In this document: piece after piece, positions 29,677 to 40,033 of the stretch
Numbering within the stretch: the first letter of the stretch is position 1
Layout: each line of letters starts with the position of its first letter
From: an uncultured delta proteobacterium
GTDB lineage: Bacteria; Desulfobacterota; Binatia; Binatales; Binataceae
Direction: 5' to 3'
Assembly (NCBI GenBank): GCA_963765675.1
Contig: CAVXXK010000001.1
Coordinates: forward strand, 1 to 64,000
Length of the DNA stretch: 64,000 bases
The notes under the pieces: model-generated
Databases searched by the model: none
Told to the model about the DNA's origin: nothing
Seen by the model: only the letters and a program-made list of their open reading frames with translations
Made by a program: the position numbers and the translations under genes

Positions 29677-30801
29677 ATGCGCACAGCCCCATCCATCCGT
29701 CCGTCACTTTGGTTGCTCTCCGGCGCAATGGTTGTGCTGACCTGCGCACTCTGCGCGCCCGCGCGTGCCGCCAACGCGAAACCCTTTGCGCTTCAGGAAA
29801 CCATCGCGGTGCCGGGCAAGCCGCTGACCGGCTTCGATATTTCGTGGGTCGATCCTAAAACCCATCAGCTCTATCTCTCCGATCGATCCAACAACTCGAT
29901 TGACATCTTCGATACGCGCACCCTCAAGTTCATCGCGCGAATCGGCGGGTTCGTAGGCAATGGGCCGGGCGGCTACGATCACGGCGGACCCAACGGCGTC
30001 GTCGTAATCGACTCGCCACATGAGGCGATCGCCGGTGACGGCGACAGTACGGTCAAGATGATAGACCTCGACGCCAAGCCGCCTAAAATCGCCGCCACGA
30101 TTCCCACGGGAGGCACGGAGCGCGCTGACGAGCTTTCTTATGACGCGGCCGACGGCCTCGCGATGGTTGCGAATCCGGGCGAGAAGCCGCCGTTCGTTTC
30201 GTTCATCTCAACCAAGTCAAACAAGGTCATTGGCAAGATCGACTTTCCCGACGCGACCGACGGCCTGGAGCAATCGGTCTGGGATCCGAGCCGCGACCTT
30301 TTCTATCAGGTGGTGCCCGAGCTCAAGCACGGCGATGGCGCGATCGCCGAGATCGATCCCAAGACCATGAAAGTCACTCGCAAATTTGTGGTCCGCGAAT
30401 GTCACGGCGCCGGCCTGACCCTCGGTCCCGACGGCAAGCTCCTCATCGGATGCACCCGAAAACAGTCCGTCGTGATGGACGCGATGACGGGCAAAGTCGT
30501 CGCTGAGACACCAAAAGTCTCCGGCTCCGACGAGGTCTGGTACAACTCCGGCGACGGCCGTTACTACCTGGCTGCGGTGCGGGATCCGGCGGGTCCGGTG
30601 CTCGGAATTATCGATGCGAAGACCAACACCTGGGTCGAAAATCTCGCCACCGCCTATCCCGCCCACTCAGTCTCCGCCGATCCCTCGAATAACCGGGTCT
30701 TCGTCCCGATGGGCCCGAATCAAACGAGCTTCGACACCGATCCGGCAAAGCATCTCGACTGCGCAGGCGGATGTATCGGGGTGTACTCGGAGAAGCCTTA
30801 G
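29677..30801 (+). CDS. Secreted YncE-like beta-propeller protein
   Basis: Signal peptide; FDISWVDP, GPNGV, RADELSYD, GLEQSVWDP, GSDEVWYN, AHSVSADP repeats. Confidence 0.8.
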   Translation: MRTAPSIRPSLWLLSGAMVVLTCALCAPARAANAKPFALQETIAVPGKPLTGFDISWVDPKTHQLYLSDRSNNSIDIFDTRTLKFIARIGGFVGNGPGGYDHGGPNGVVVIDSPHEAIAGDGDSTVKMIDLDAKPPKIAATIPTGGTERADELSYDAADGLAMVANPGEKPPFVSFISTKSNKVIGKIDFPDATDGLEQSVWDPSRDLFYQVVPELKHGDGAIAEIDPKTMKVTRKFVVRECHGAGLTLGPDGKLLIGCTRKQSVVMDAMTGKVVAETPKVSGSDEVWYNSGDGRYYLAAVRDPAGPVLGIIDAKTNTWVENLATAYPAHSVSADPSNNRVFVPMGPNQTSFDTDPAKHLDCAGGCIGVYSEKP

Positions 30802-30871
30802 CGCGCAGCACGGTGCGAACTGATCTGCTCTCTTCCAATGAGATTGGGAGAGGGAATAGGCGGCCGTGCCG

Positions 30872-31912
30872 CTAATGCTCGAGCAGCTTCGAGAGGGCTT
30901 TGGCGGTGTACTCTACCAGCGGGATCACACGGTCGTAGTCCATTCGCACTGGACCCACAATAGCGAGGCTGCCAACCGGCGTTGCTCCAGTGGCATATGA
31001 AGCCGCGATAACGCTGAGGCCCGCCAGGCGCGCGTCGTCGTTTTCCGAACCGATCGATACCGTAAGCCCGCGCCGGGCGAGACTGCGCTCTAGCAGATCG
31101 AGCAGCGCGGTCTTGTCGTCGAGCGCGCGTAGCAGCTCGCGCATCCGCTCGGGATCGGAAAACTCCGGCTGCTCGATAGCCTGCAGGCTGCCATCGACGT
31201 AAAGCTCCGTGCGGCTCGCATGTTCGGCGACCGCGCCGCCCAGAGCCAGCGCGTCGCGCACGAAACGGTCGTACACCGCGCGCTCCTCGTGCAGGCGCTC
31301 TTCGATCCAGCGCCGCGCTTCATCCAGCGTGCGTCCGGCCAGCGACTCGTTCAGATACCGCGCCATCCGATCGAGCTCGTCCTGCGAATGGTCGCGATCA
31401 GTCTCGACGATATGGTTCTGCACCTGTCCCGCCGCCGCGACAAACATCGCGAGCACCTGCCGCTCGCGCAGGCGCACAAAGTTAACCCGCTCGAGCATCA
31501 TCGATTCCAGCCGCGGGCCCATCACCAGCGCGGCCTGCCCGGTAAGGAGCGCCAGCAGCTTGGGCGTGTCGCGCATGATATCGTCCAAATCACGCGTGCG
31601 GGTCGAATAATGCAGCTCAATCTGCGCGCGATCCTCGAATCCGATCCGCGAGACCAGGCTGTCGACGTAATAGCGATAACCCTTGTCGGTCGGAACCCGT
31701 CCCGCCGAGGTATGCGGCTGTCGCAGGTAGCCCCCGTCCTCAAGCTCCGCCATCATGTTGCGCACCATCGCGGAGCGCACCCCGAGAGGATGCCGTGCGA
31801 CGATTTGCTGCGAGCCCACAGGCTCCGCGGTCGCGATAAATTCCTGCACCGTCGCGAGCAGCAGCGCCTGTCGCCGTGCGGAGAGCGCTTTGGTTTCGAT
31901 TTCCTGGGTCAT
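30872..31912 (-). CDS. hrcA: Heat-inducible transcription repressor HrcA
   Basis: EPVGS, SAMVRNMMAELE..QPHTSAGRVPTDKGYRYYVD, VGPVRMDY. Confidence 0.95.
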   Translation of the reverse strand: MTQEIETKALSARRQALLLATVQEFIATAEPVGSQQIVARHPLGVRSAMVRNMMAELEDGGYLRQPHTSAGRVPTDKGYRYYVDSLVSRIGFEDRAQIELHYSTRTRDLDDIMRDTPKLLALLTGQAALVMGPRLESMMLERVNFVRLRERQVLAMFVAAAGQVQNHIVETDRDHSQDELDRMARYLNESLAGRTLDEARRWIEERLHEERAVYDRFVRDALALGGAVAEHASRTELYVDGSLQAIEQPEFSDPERMRELLRALDDKTALLDLLERSLARRGLTVSIGSENDDARLAGLSVIAASYATGATPVGSLAIVGPVRMDYDRVIPLVEYTAKALSKLLEH

Positions 31913-32071
31913 CTGATTGCGGCTTGAGTTTTCACAAGATGTAAACGCCGGCAAGCCGCAGTCTAACTGCTTCAATTCTGACCCCTCATAGTGGTGGTTA
32001 TCAAGCGCTGTGGGGTGCAATCGCACCGGAAGGTCGGCTAATCTTCCACAGGAGGGGATGCGTCAAGGACG

Positions 32072-33682
32072 ATGGCGAAAGCGCGAAAGACAGCCAAGCC
32101 GCGGAAGATTTTCGTTCCGGTGGTTCCACAAGGCGCGACTTGGATCGAAAGCGACAGCTACGACCGCCGCGCCTGGAGCGAGATTCTGTCCGGCACTCCT
32201 GCGTTCAAGGACCTGACCGAGGCGGGCGGCGCGCTGGTCCCGCACTTCGACGCGCTGCTCGCGGATTTTTTCCTCGCGCTGTTCAAGTTCAACCTCGTAT
32301 GGCACAAGCCCGGCGCCGTGCGCCGCGCGGCTGCCCTCAACCGCACAATCCTGGATGAAATTTTGCCTTCGCCCGCTTTCGAGGCGCTGAAAAACCGCAC
32401 TCTGCTCGAAGAAGACAAGGCCGCGATCGCGGCGATTGTGCTCGGCGAGCGGGCGCTCGAAATGATTCGCAGCGAACGCTTCCTGAATCGGCGCGAGATG
32501 GTCGATCTGTGGGATCTCGAGCATCAGGAACAGGACCTCGCCGCGCGCGCCGACGCGCTCAAGACGATCCAGGAGATGACCGAGAAGCCCGAAGAGGAAG
32601 GCGCCGGCGGCAATCCCAAGGCGAGCGACGACGCAAAAAAGAAGATGGCTGCGATGCTCGAAACGGCGGCGCGCGCCGCGCAGGTCTCCGAGGCGCGGCT
32701 CAATCAGAAATCACGGCAGGTCGAGAGCGATCTCAAGAATAGCGATCACACCGAACTGCGCCGGATGCAGCTCAAAGCCGGAGAACTCGCCGCCGAGATC
32801 GATCGCGCCGCCGAGGACAGCCACGATTTCAGCCGCGAGTTCGGGCAAGGCGGACGGATGAACGCTGGCGAGCGGCTCGAGCTGGGACGCCATCTGGCGA
32901 AAAGCCGCAAGCTCGGCGAGCTGGCGCGGATGGTCGGCCGCATGAAACAGGACGCGCGCGCGATTCGCCACAAGACGCTCGAGCGCGGCGTCGCCGAAGC
33001 CTACGATATCGAGCGCGGCGCCGACCTCGGCAGGATGATCCCGTCGGAGCTGGTCGCGATGCATCATCCAATTCTCGCGATCGATTTCCGTCGCCGTCTG
33101 CTCGAATCCGATCTTCTCCAATACCGGCTGCGCGACGACGAGCAGAAGGGCAAGGGCCCGATGATCGTTTGTATCGACGTCAGCTCCTCGATGCAGGGGG
33201 ACAAGGAGCTGTGGGCGAAGGCGGTGGGGCTGACGCTGATGGATATCGCGCGGCGCGGGCGGCGCCTTTTTCGCGCCGTGATGTTTTCCTCGGGCGACAC
33301 GAGCCTCAAGGTGCTCGATCTGAATCGCGAGCGGCGCTATCAACCCGAGCTCGCGAAGGTGATCGAGATGGCCGAATATTTTCCGGGCGGCGGCACCGAT
33401 TTTCAGCAGCCGCTCGACGCTGCCGTGGCGCTGCTCGAAGAGCGCAAGCTGAAGCGCGGCGATATCGTGATAATCACCGACGGAGAATCGCAAGTCGCGC
33501 CCGAGTGGCTCGCGCATCTGAAAGAGCGCAAGGAAGCTTTGCAATTTTCGATCTTCGGCGTGCTCGTCGATGTCGGATCGTCGGAGATGTCGTCGCTGCG
33601 GCAATTCGCCGACCGGATCACGTCGGTAAAAACGCTAAGCGACTCCGCCACCCGCGACATCTTTCTGCACGTGCAATCATGA
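32072..33682 (+). CDS. VWA-domain protein (ViaA-like)
   Basis: GADLGRMIPSEL, GPMIVCIDVSSSM (MIDAS), GGGTDF, IITDG. Confidence 0.85.
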   Translation: MAKARKTAKPRKIFVPVVPQGATWIESDSYDRRAWSEILSGTPAFKDLTEAGGALVPHFDALLADFFLALFKFNLVWHKPGAVRRAAALNRTILDEILPSPAFEALKNRTLLEEDKAAIAAIVLGERALEMIRSERFLNRREMVDLWDLEHQEQDLAARADALKTIQEMTEKPEEEGAGGNPKASDDAKKKMAAMLETAARAAQVSEARLNQKSRQVESDLKNSDHTELRRMQLKAGELAAEIDRAAEDSHDFSREFGQGGRMNAGERLELGRHLAKSRKLGELARMVGRMKQDARAIRHKTLERGVAEAYDIERGADLGRMIPSELVAMHHPILAIDFRRRLLESDLLQYRLRDDEQKGKGPMIVCIDVSSSMQGDKELWAKAVGLTLMDIARRGRRLFRAVMFSSGDTSLKVLDLNRERRYQPELAKVIEMAEYFPGGGTDFQQPLDAAVALLEERKLKRGDIVIITDGESQVAPEWLAHLKERKEALQFSIFGVLVDVGSSEMSSLRQFADRITSVKTLSDSATRDIFLHVQS

Positions 33683-34182
33683 AATCGACCGAATCGAAAA
33701 TCGTGCTCGAGCCTATCGATCGCGGGAACTATCGCGCGCTGTTCAGGATGCAACTGCGGCCAGAGCAGGAGAACTTCGTCACTCCGCCGCGATGGACCCT
33801 CGCGCGATGCTACGTGCGGATGTTCGGCGACAACTTCGAGCATCTGCCGCATCTCATCCGCGCGGAGGGTAAAGTCGTCGGCTACTGTACCACCGTGTGC
33901 GATGCGGCAAGCGAGGAAGAGTACTGGATCGACGACATCATGATCGACGCCGTGCATCAGAGAAAAGGCTACGGACGCGCCGCGATGCGCGATACGATCG
34001 CGATGATCGCGGCGCGCTATCCGCGATGCCGCGCCGTCCAGCTCACCTGTTTCCGCGACAACCTCAACGCAGCGGCGCTGTACAAGAGCCTCGGCTTCGA
34101 GCCAACCGGCGCAGTAGATAACGAGTTCGGCGAACCAAACTACATCCTGCGCGGCGCAGCCCTCGACGCCTTCCGCCGCTGA
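33679..34182 (+). CDS. GNAT family N-acetyltransferase
   Basis: IMIDAVHQRKGYGRA, NLNAAALYKSLGF. Confidence 0.88.
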   Translation: MKSTESKIVLEPIDRGNYRALFRMQLRPEQENFVTPPRWTLARCYVRMFGDNFEHLPHLIRAEGKVVGYCTTVCDAASEEEYWIDDIMIDAVHQRKGYGRAAMRDTIAMIAARYPRCRAVQLTCFRDNLNAAALYKSLGFEPTGAVDNEFGEPNYILRGAALDAFRR

Positions 34183-34194
34183 GCCTCGCCCTCT

Positions 34195-34372
34195 GTCTGA
34201 TTCCTCGCCCAGTATGGGAGAGGTTAGGTGAGGGACCTTATTCAGCGCGGCGCTCGAGCGCCGCGCGATTATAAAGAAAGCTCTGAGCAAGGCCGCCCTC
34301 ACCCACGCGTCACGATGCTTGCGAAAAGAATCGCAAGCATCGCGCCACGCCGCCCTCTGCCGGGGGAGCGTA
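34195..34372 (+). repeat. REP/MITE-like element family A, copy 1
   Basis: Reverse complement of 49655-49834; internal hairpins CGCGGCGC..GCGCCGCG and GATGCTTGCGA..TCGCAAGCATC. Confidence 0.85.
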
Positions 34373-34400
34373 CCCAGCAGCGATCCGCAGCAGAAAAAAT

Positions 34401-34433
34401 AAAAGGGCCGGCGATTTGATCGCCGGCCCTTTT
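34401..34433. terminator. Bidirectional intrinsic terminator
   Basis: AAAAGGGCCGGCGAT-TTG-ATCGCCGGCCCTTTT between convergent genes. Confidence 0.85.
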
Positions 34434-34457
34434 CCTGACATTTCGCGAACTTCGCGC

Positions 34458-35456
34458 TTACGCCGCTGAGGCCATCTCCATCACGCCGAGCTGCTTATAC
34501 CAGGACTCGGTGCGATCGTTGATCAGATCAAGCTGGCGCAGGCACGGGATGATCGTGTCGACGAACAGGAACGAGTTGAACTGGCGATCGAGCTGGCTCT
34601 CGGCCTCGGCCCACGCCGGATTACGATGCATCTCGTCCTCGATATCTTTCATCGAGATACCGACCTCTTCAAACACTGAGCTGCCCGACAGGAAGCCGTC
34701 GCGCGGCACGCCGTCTTCGACCTTGGTCACCATCAGATCGCACGCGGTGAAGGAAAATTCCTCGAGCTCCTTCTTTTCCTTGCCGTGAAGCTTGCGGACC
34801 GCGTCGCGCAGCGCGAGCATCCCGAAGCCCACGTGGCGCGACTCGTCCTTCATGATGTACTCGAGCAGCTCCTTGAGCAGATCGTCCTTGGTCTCGCGCT
34901 GCATGAAACGGAACGCCGCAATCGCCAGCCCCTCGGCGACAATCTGCATCCCGACGTACTTCGGCTCCCATCGCTCGTTCTTCATGATCGCAGTAAGCAG
35001 CTTTTCCAGCGTCGGATCGATCGGATAGATGCGATCGAGCTTGGTGATGTACTTGCGGAAGCCCTCGACGTGGCGGGCTTCATCGAAGACCTGCGCCGCG
35101 GCGTTCATCTTCGCGTCCAGGTCGGGAACCGCATCGACGAGCTGTCCGCATACCAGCAACGCGCCCTGCTCTCCGTGCAGAAACTGCGACAGCCGCCATG
35201 CCGCGAATTTGCGGTTGAGCTGAAGCTTCTTCTCCTCGGACAGCGAGCGATAAAGCTCCGTCTGGAACATCGGCATGATCGTCATGTCGAGAACTTCCTT
35301 CTCGATCGGCCGGTCCCAGTTGATCGTGGTCGAGACGTTCCACTGATCGCGCTTGGCGTTCTCGTACAGGCGGTCCATCTGCGGAAACCGCACTTCGTAG
35401 TTCCAATCGAACACGCTGTCGAGCGGGGTGTGTACGTCAGTCCGTTCGTGAGCCAT
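34458..35456 (-). CDS. Ferritin-like diiron protein (AurF-like)
   Basis: FLHGEQGAL, DEARH, AEGLA, DESRHV iron ligand motifs. Confidence 0.85.
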   Translation of the reverse strand: MAHERTDVHTPLDSVFDWNYEVRFPQMDRLYENAKRDQWNVSTTINWDRPIEKEVLDMTIMPMFQTELYRSLSEEKKLQLNRKFAAWRLSQFLHGEQGALLVCGQLVDAVPDLDAKMNAAAQVFDEARHVEGFRKYITKLDRIYPIDPTLEKLLTAIMKNERWEPKYVGMQIVAEGLAIAAFRFMQRETKDDLLKELLEYIMKDESRHVGFGMLALRDAVRKLHGKEKKELEEFSFTACDLMVTKVEDGVPRDGFLSGSSVFEEVGISMKDIEDEMHRNPAWAEAESQLDRQFNSFLFVDTIIPCLRQLDLINDRTESWYKQLGVMEMASAA

Positions 35457-35473
35457 AAAAAATCCTCCAGTAA

Positions 35474-36088
35474 TTAACGGTTCTCGAGACGAACAGCTCG
35501 TTCGAGTCCGCCTAATGCGAAGTTAACGGTCGCGTCCTTGAGTTCGTCGAGCGGCAGATCGCCGCGTTCCAAAAGCCACGAGATCGCTTGCGACAGCATC
35601 CCGATCGTCAGATTAGCAACCACTTCCGCGCGCGCGCCGATCGCCGGCGCGAGTTCGTCGCGTAAGTCGTTGATAAAAGTCTCATGCACCCGAACCATCA
35701 GGTCCAGGAATGCCGGGCTATGCCCAAATACGATCCGGAAGCCCTCTGGATTCTCGGCGGCGGCGTCGAGAATCGTGCTGATCGTGATGCGCAGCATGTC
35801 CGCCGGGCTGTCGAACCCCTTTTTTGCTTCGGCCAATTTCTCGCGCAGCGACTGCGCGCCGTTCGCGGTGAGCTCGATGAAGATTTCGTTTTTGGTCTTG
35901 AAGTGAAGATAGAAGGTGCCGAGACCCACGTCGGCGTCGGTCGCGATATCGGCGATCCGCGTGTCGTGGTAGCCCTTGCGCGCGATTACACGTTCGGCAG
36001 CCTCCAAGAGATCAACCCGCGTCTTCTCACGACGTCGATCAAACCGGGTCGGTGCCTGCTCACTCGCCTTACGTGCAACTTCCGCCAT
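35474..36088 (-). CDS. TetR/AcrR family regulator
   Basis: GYHDTRIADIATDADVGLGTFYLHFKTK. Confidence 0.92.
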   Translation of the reverse strand: MAEVARKASEQAPTRFDRRREKTRVDLLEAAERVIARKGYHDTRIADIATDADVGLGTFYLHFKTKNEIFIELTANGAQSLREKLAEAKKGFDSPADMLRITISTILDAAAENPEGFRIVFGHSPAFLDLMVRVHETFINDLRDELAPAIGARAEVVANLTIGMLSQAISWLLERGDLPLDELKDATVNFALGGLERAVRLENR

Positions 36089-36164
36089 TAACTGAATATG
36101 TACTCGATTATGAATCTTGAGTCAAACACGACCGCGACTTCAATTATGAAATATTATTCAGTTA
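36089..36164 (-). promoter_or_regulatory. tetR promoter with probable autoregulatory operators
   Basis: TTGACT on minus strand ~35 nt before ATG (short or no leader); TAACTGAATA..TATTCAGTTA inverted pair; TGAA-N6-T/GTCA motifs. Confidence 0.5.
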
Positions 36165-36238
36165 TGAGCTGAGACTCGGCAAAAGTTCCGCGTAGTAGAA
36201 CCGTTGTCTAGGCTTAGGCCCAATCGATCGGGAGTAGG

Positions 36239-36967
36239 CTAATTGCCGCCGGGAGGCTCGTCGGGCGGCTGGTCCGAGGTACCCGGACTGTCAGGCGAGC
36301 TTTCGTCGGGTGTGACTTCTTCCGGGACGATTACCGGCTCGGTGAAATCGGCCGCCAGGTTGCAGCACATCACGTAACTCGAACCCGCGCGCGGCTGAGC
36401 GGCGTAGGCCTCGAGCGATCCATCGGCAAGGACCTTTACCGCCTGGTAGCTGGTCGAACCCGACGCGCGTTCGATCGTGAAGACATAGAATGAGCCGCGG
36501 TCGAGTGGTTCCGGCGGCCCTTCGTCCGGAATCATCTGCTGGTAGTGCGAGGGGAGTTTTCCGTACTCGAGGTTCTTCGGCGCGTAGTCTGCCTTTCCGA
36601 ATGCAGAAATCTCCTCGGTGATGCCGCGGTCAGATTTTATATCCCAGATGGGCACACCGCCGTCGAAGCGGACCACCGAGGCGACCTTGCCGCCGCTTCC
36701 CGCCGCGTTCGCGATAATCTCGGCGCCGAAGAATTTCGTCACCGTCGCGCGCACAAGCGTGTCGCCGCTCTTGTGATAGGTGATTTCGACGGTGGCCTTC
36801 GGCGGCGGCATCGGCTCGCCCGGTCCGGCGTCGGCGGTGTCGTCGGTGTCGTCGTTGTTGGTTGTCGAGCAGCCCGCGACCATGAGCGCAACCATCAGAA
36901 TGGCGGCGATCGCGCTGGCCCATAGGCGCCGTCGTGCACTGGCGCGCAGTTCATTATGCATCAGCAT
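36239..36967 (-). CDS. Putative lipoprotein
   Basis: Lipobox VAGC after hydrophobic stretch; acidic/Pro-rich tails. Confidence 0.75.
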   Translation of the reverse strand: MLMHNELRASARRRLWASAIAAILMVALMVAGCSTTNNDDTDDTADAGPGEPMPPPKATVEITYHKSGDTLVRATVTKFFGAEIIANAAGSGGKVASVVRFDGGVPIWDIKSDRGITEEISAFGKADYAPKNLEYGKLPSHYQQMIPDEGPPEPLDRGSFYVFTIERASGSTSYQAVKVLADGSLEAYAAQPRAGSSYVMCCNLAADFTEPVIVPEEVTPDESSPDSPGTSDQPPDEPPGGN

Positions 36968-36993
36968 ACCGATCGGCTAGTCTCTGCGGCCGG

Positions 36994-38370
36994 GTGGACA
37001 TCGGGGATAAAAGCGAAAAGATCGGGCTCCGGCCTCTTCTAATCTACGCACAGGGACAGACCGGCCTCAACCTGTGCGCGACGCTTTCCGCGATGCATCT
37101 GCTGTATTTCTACAGCGATCGGCGCGGATTGTCGCCGGCGCTGGCCGGACTCGCATTTTTTATCGCGCTGGTGCTCGACGCTCTGACCGACCCGCTGGTC
37201 GGCAATATTTCGGACAGTGCGCGCTTCAAGTCGGGACGCCGGCGGCCGTTTTTTCTGACCGCGATCCCGATGGGTATCTGCTACTACCTGCTGCTCTCGC
37301 CGCCGGCGTTGAACAAGGGACTGTTCGCGTGGTTCCTGGTTTTCTACTTCCTGCAACTGACCTCGCGGAAGTTTTACGAGACCGCGTACGGCGCGCTGAT
37401 GCCCGAGTTGACGCTCGACTACGACGAGCGCACCCGCCTTTCTACCTATCGGCAACTGTTCGGTACGGCGGGCGATATCAGCGGAGCGCTGCTGCCGTTC
37501 GCCGCCGCCTGGATTTTCGCGAAGGGACTCGATTTCCAGATCACCGGCGGCGTCTGCGCGGTGATCGTCGCGGGCGGTGCTCTGTTCGCCTACGTCAATC
37601 TGCGCGAGCGACCGGGCTTCGCCGACCGCGAACGCTTCAACCTGCGCGAGTCGATGAAGAGCGCGCTCGCGAACCGCCCGTTTATCATCCTGATGCTCGC
37701 GACCACGCTCGCGATCATGGCGATCAATATCCCGACCGTCCTGATCCGCTTCCTGGCGAAGTATTGGGTGCATGACGAAAACGCGGCCGCACGGTGGCTT
37801 ATCGCGTACTTCGCGGGCTCGATGGTTTCGTATCCGTTCTGGTTTCGGATCACGGTGCGGTTCGAGAAAAAGCCCGCGTACGTCGTCGCGATGCTCGCCA
37901 ATGCGAGTTGCTCGCTGATGTTCATGCTGCTCACTCCGCGCAACACGCTGTGGATGCTGGTGCTGATGGTGCTCAGCGGATTTTCCGCGATCGGAATCTG
38001 GGTGACGCAGATGTCCGCCGCCGCCGACGTGATCGAATGGGACGAAGAGCGGACCGGACGCCGGCAGGAAGGCGCGTACGGCGGAATCACCTCGATGGGA
38101 ATAAAAATCGCGACCGCGCTCTCACTGGTCCTGGTCGGTCCGGTGATGGGATGGATCGGCTACCGGCCCGGGATGGCCGAGCTGCCGCGCGCGGCGGCCG
38201 AAAATCTGCGCACGCTGTTCGCGGTCGCGCCGGCGATAATTTATGTGCTGAGCGCGATCGTGTTTGCGCGCTATCCAATCACCCGCGCCAGCCATCGCGC
38301 GATGCGCGATCGCCTGGCCGCCCGCGGCGCTCCCGGCGAAGAAGCACCCGCCGAAAAATCGATCGCGTGA
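36994..38370 (+). CDS. MFS transporter, GPH/MelB-like family
   Basis: DALTDPLVGNISD..GRRRPF, ELTLDYDERTRL, TGRRQEGAYGG. Confidence 0.9.
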   Translation: MDIGDKSEKIGLRPLLIYAQGQTGLNLCATLSAMHLLYFYSDRRGLSPALAGLAFFIALVLDALTDPLVGNISDSARFKSGRRRPFFLTAIPMGICYYLLLSPPALNKGLFAWFLVFYFLQLTSRKFYETAYGALMPELTLDYDERTRLSTYRQLFGTAGDISGALLPFAAAWIFAKGLDFQITGGVCAVIVAGGALFAYVNLRERPGFADRERFNLRESMKSALANRPFIILMLATTLAIMAINIPTVLIRFLAKYWVHDENAAARWLIAYFAGSMVSYPFWFRITVRFEKKPAYVVAMLANASCSLMFMLLTPRNTLWMLVLMVLSGFSAIGIWVTQMSAAADVIEWDEERTGRRQEGAYGGITSMGIKIATALSLVLVGPVMGWIGYRPGMAELPRAAAENLRTLFAVAPAIIYVLSAIVFARYPITRASHRAMRDRLAARGAPGEEAPAEKSIA

Positions 38371-38460
38371 AAGGTCTGCTTGAGCCTGTTCGCCAGCGGC
38401 GGTAAACAACGTCAATCCGCCAGCACATGAGCCCGCACAAACGCAGGCACCGCCCTACTG
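38291..38460 (+). repeat. Direct repeat, left copy (MFS 3' end + intergenic)
   Basis: Matches 42636-42804 with about 22 differences by manual alignment. Confidence 0.9.
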
Positions 38461-38461
38461 C

Positions 38462-40033
38462 GCCAACGGCAACGTGACCACCTACACTTACGATCCGATG
38501 GATCGCCGCGCATCAAGGACCGATGCGCTGGGCGCCGTGGAGAGCTACGCCTACGACGGAATGAGTAACCTTACCAGCCACACGGATCGCAATGGGAACG
38601 TAACCAGCTACAGCTACGACGGGCTGAACCGCAGGACGTTTGCGGGTTTTGGATACAACGGCAGCGGGTATCAGAGCACGATTAACTATACGTGGGACGG
38701 GGGCGACCGCCTGACGCAGGTGGTGGATTCAATTGCGGGAACCATCTCGCGGACTTACGACGGGCTCGACGACCTGACCGACGAGCAGACGCCGACGGGC
38801 GAGGTCAGCTACGCGTATGACAACGCGAGGAGGCGGACGTCGATGACGGTGGTGGGGCAGCCTGCGGCGGCCTCCTACGCGTGGGACAACGCCAACCGAT
38901 TGACCGGAATTACCCAGGGGAGCGCGTCGGTTGCGTTCAATTATGACAGCGCGAGCCGAAGGACTACGCTGACGCTGCCCAACGGGATCGAGGTGGGGTA
39001 TAGTTACGACAACAACTCGCGGATAAGCGGGATGACCTGGACGTTGGCCGGCAACCAGATCGGAGACCTCGAGTACGATTACGATGCGGATGGGCGCGTG
39101 GTCGAGAAGACGGGGAGCCTCGCGCAGACCAACCTGCCGCAGCCGGTGACCGGAAATACCTTCAATGCCGATAACGAGATGACGGCGTTCAACGGCACTC
39201 CGATGACTTACGACGCAAACGGCAACCTGCTCAACGATGGGAGCAACGCCTACGCTTGGGATGCGCGCAATCATCTGAGCGCGATCAGCGGTGCGAATGC
39301 AGCCAGTTTCGTCTATGACCCGTTGGGGCGGCGGATCAGCAAGACTATCGGGAGTACGACGACGAGCTTCCTGTACGATGGGCTCAACCCAGTACAGGAA
39401 CTTCAATCGGGCGCGCCGAGCGCGAACATGCTGACGGGGCTCGGGATCGACGAATACTTCCAGCGCAGCGATGCCTCGGGTGCGAGCAGCTACCTGACAG
39501 ATGCGCTGGGCAGCACGCTGGCGCTCGCAAACCCGGCGGGCGGCTTAGCGACCAGCTATACGTATGATCCGTTTGGGACCACTGCGGTGTCGGGTTCGGG
39601 TACAAATCCCTTCCAGTTCACCGGCCGAGAAAATGACCTCAACGGTCTTTATTATTTGCGTGCCCGTTACTACAACCCAGCGTTGCAGCGATTCCTGAGT
39701 CAGGATCCCATAGGAGTCCGAGGCGGGATGAATCTTTATGGCTATGTCGGAAATAACCCTGTAAACTCTTTCGATTTGTTGGGATTGGGCGGTACACCCT
39801 CGACGACGCCCACGCCGACCAGTTGTCCAACGCCGATTCCCGTGGATCCAACCCAGGCACCAACAACATGCCAAAAGCACCTAGCCTGTGAAATAGGATG
39901 GGAGGGCACATGTGACCAGTGCAACGAATTCGAGAATCCCCAGCCGGTATTTGTTTGTCACGTTGGCTGTGTCATTACAGGGGCGGTAGTATGCGAGATT
40001 GAGTTTCCCTGCAGCCTCCGGGGTAATGACTGA
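38462..40033 (+). CDS. N-terminally truncated Rhs/YD-repeat protein with Cys-rich C-terminal tip
   Basis: YD repeats, core FTGREND..YYLRARYYNP..FLSQDPIG..NLYGYVGNNPVNSFDLLG; starts mid-repeat right at the direct repeat edge. Confidence 0.85.
   Translation, partial: ANGNVTTYTYDPMDRRASRTDALGAVESYAYDGMSNLTSHTDRNGNVTSYSYDGLNRRTFAGFGYNGSGYQSTINYTWDGGDRLTQVVDSIAGTISRTYDGLDDLTDEQTPTGEVSYAYDNARRRTSMTVVGQPAAASYAWDNANRLTGITQGSASVAFNYDSASRRTTLTLPNGIEVGYSYDNNSRISGMTWTLAGNQIGDLEYDYDADGRVVEKTGSLAQTNLPQPVTGNTFNADNEMTAFNGTPMTYDANGNLLNDGSNAYAWDARNHLSAISGANAASFVYDPLGRRISKTIGSTTTSFLYDGLNPVQELQSGAPSANMLTGLGIDEYFQRSDASGASSYLTDALGSTLALANPAGGLATSYTYDPFGTTAVSGSGTNPFQFTGRENDLNGLYYLRARYYNPALQRFLSQDPIGVRGGMNLYGYVGNNPVNSFDLLGLGGTPSTTPTPTSCPTPIPVDPTQAPTTCQKHLACEIGWEGTCDQCNEFENPQPVFVCHVGCVITGAVVCEIEFPCSLRGND

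Noticed and set aside
34228-34419. MRDLIQRGA ORFs here and at 49586-49801 as a small protein family
   Set aside because: They derive from the family A palindromic repeat; indels between copies break the frame.
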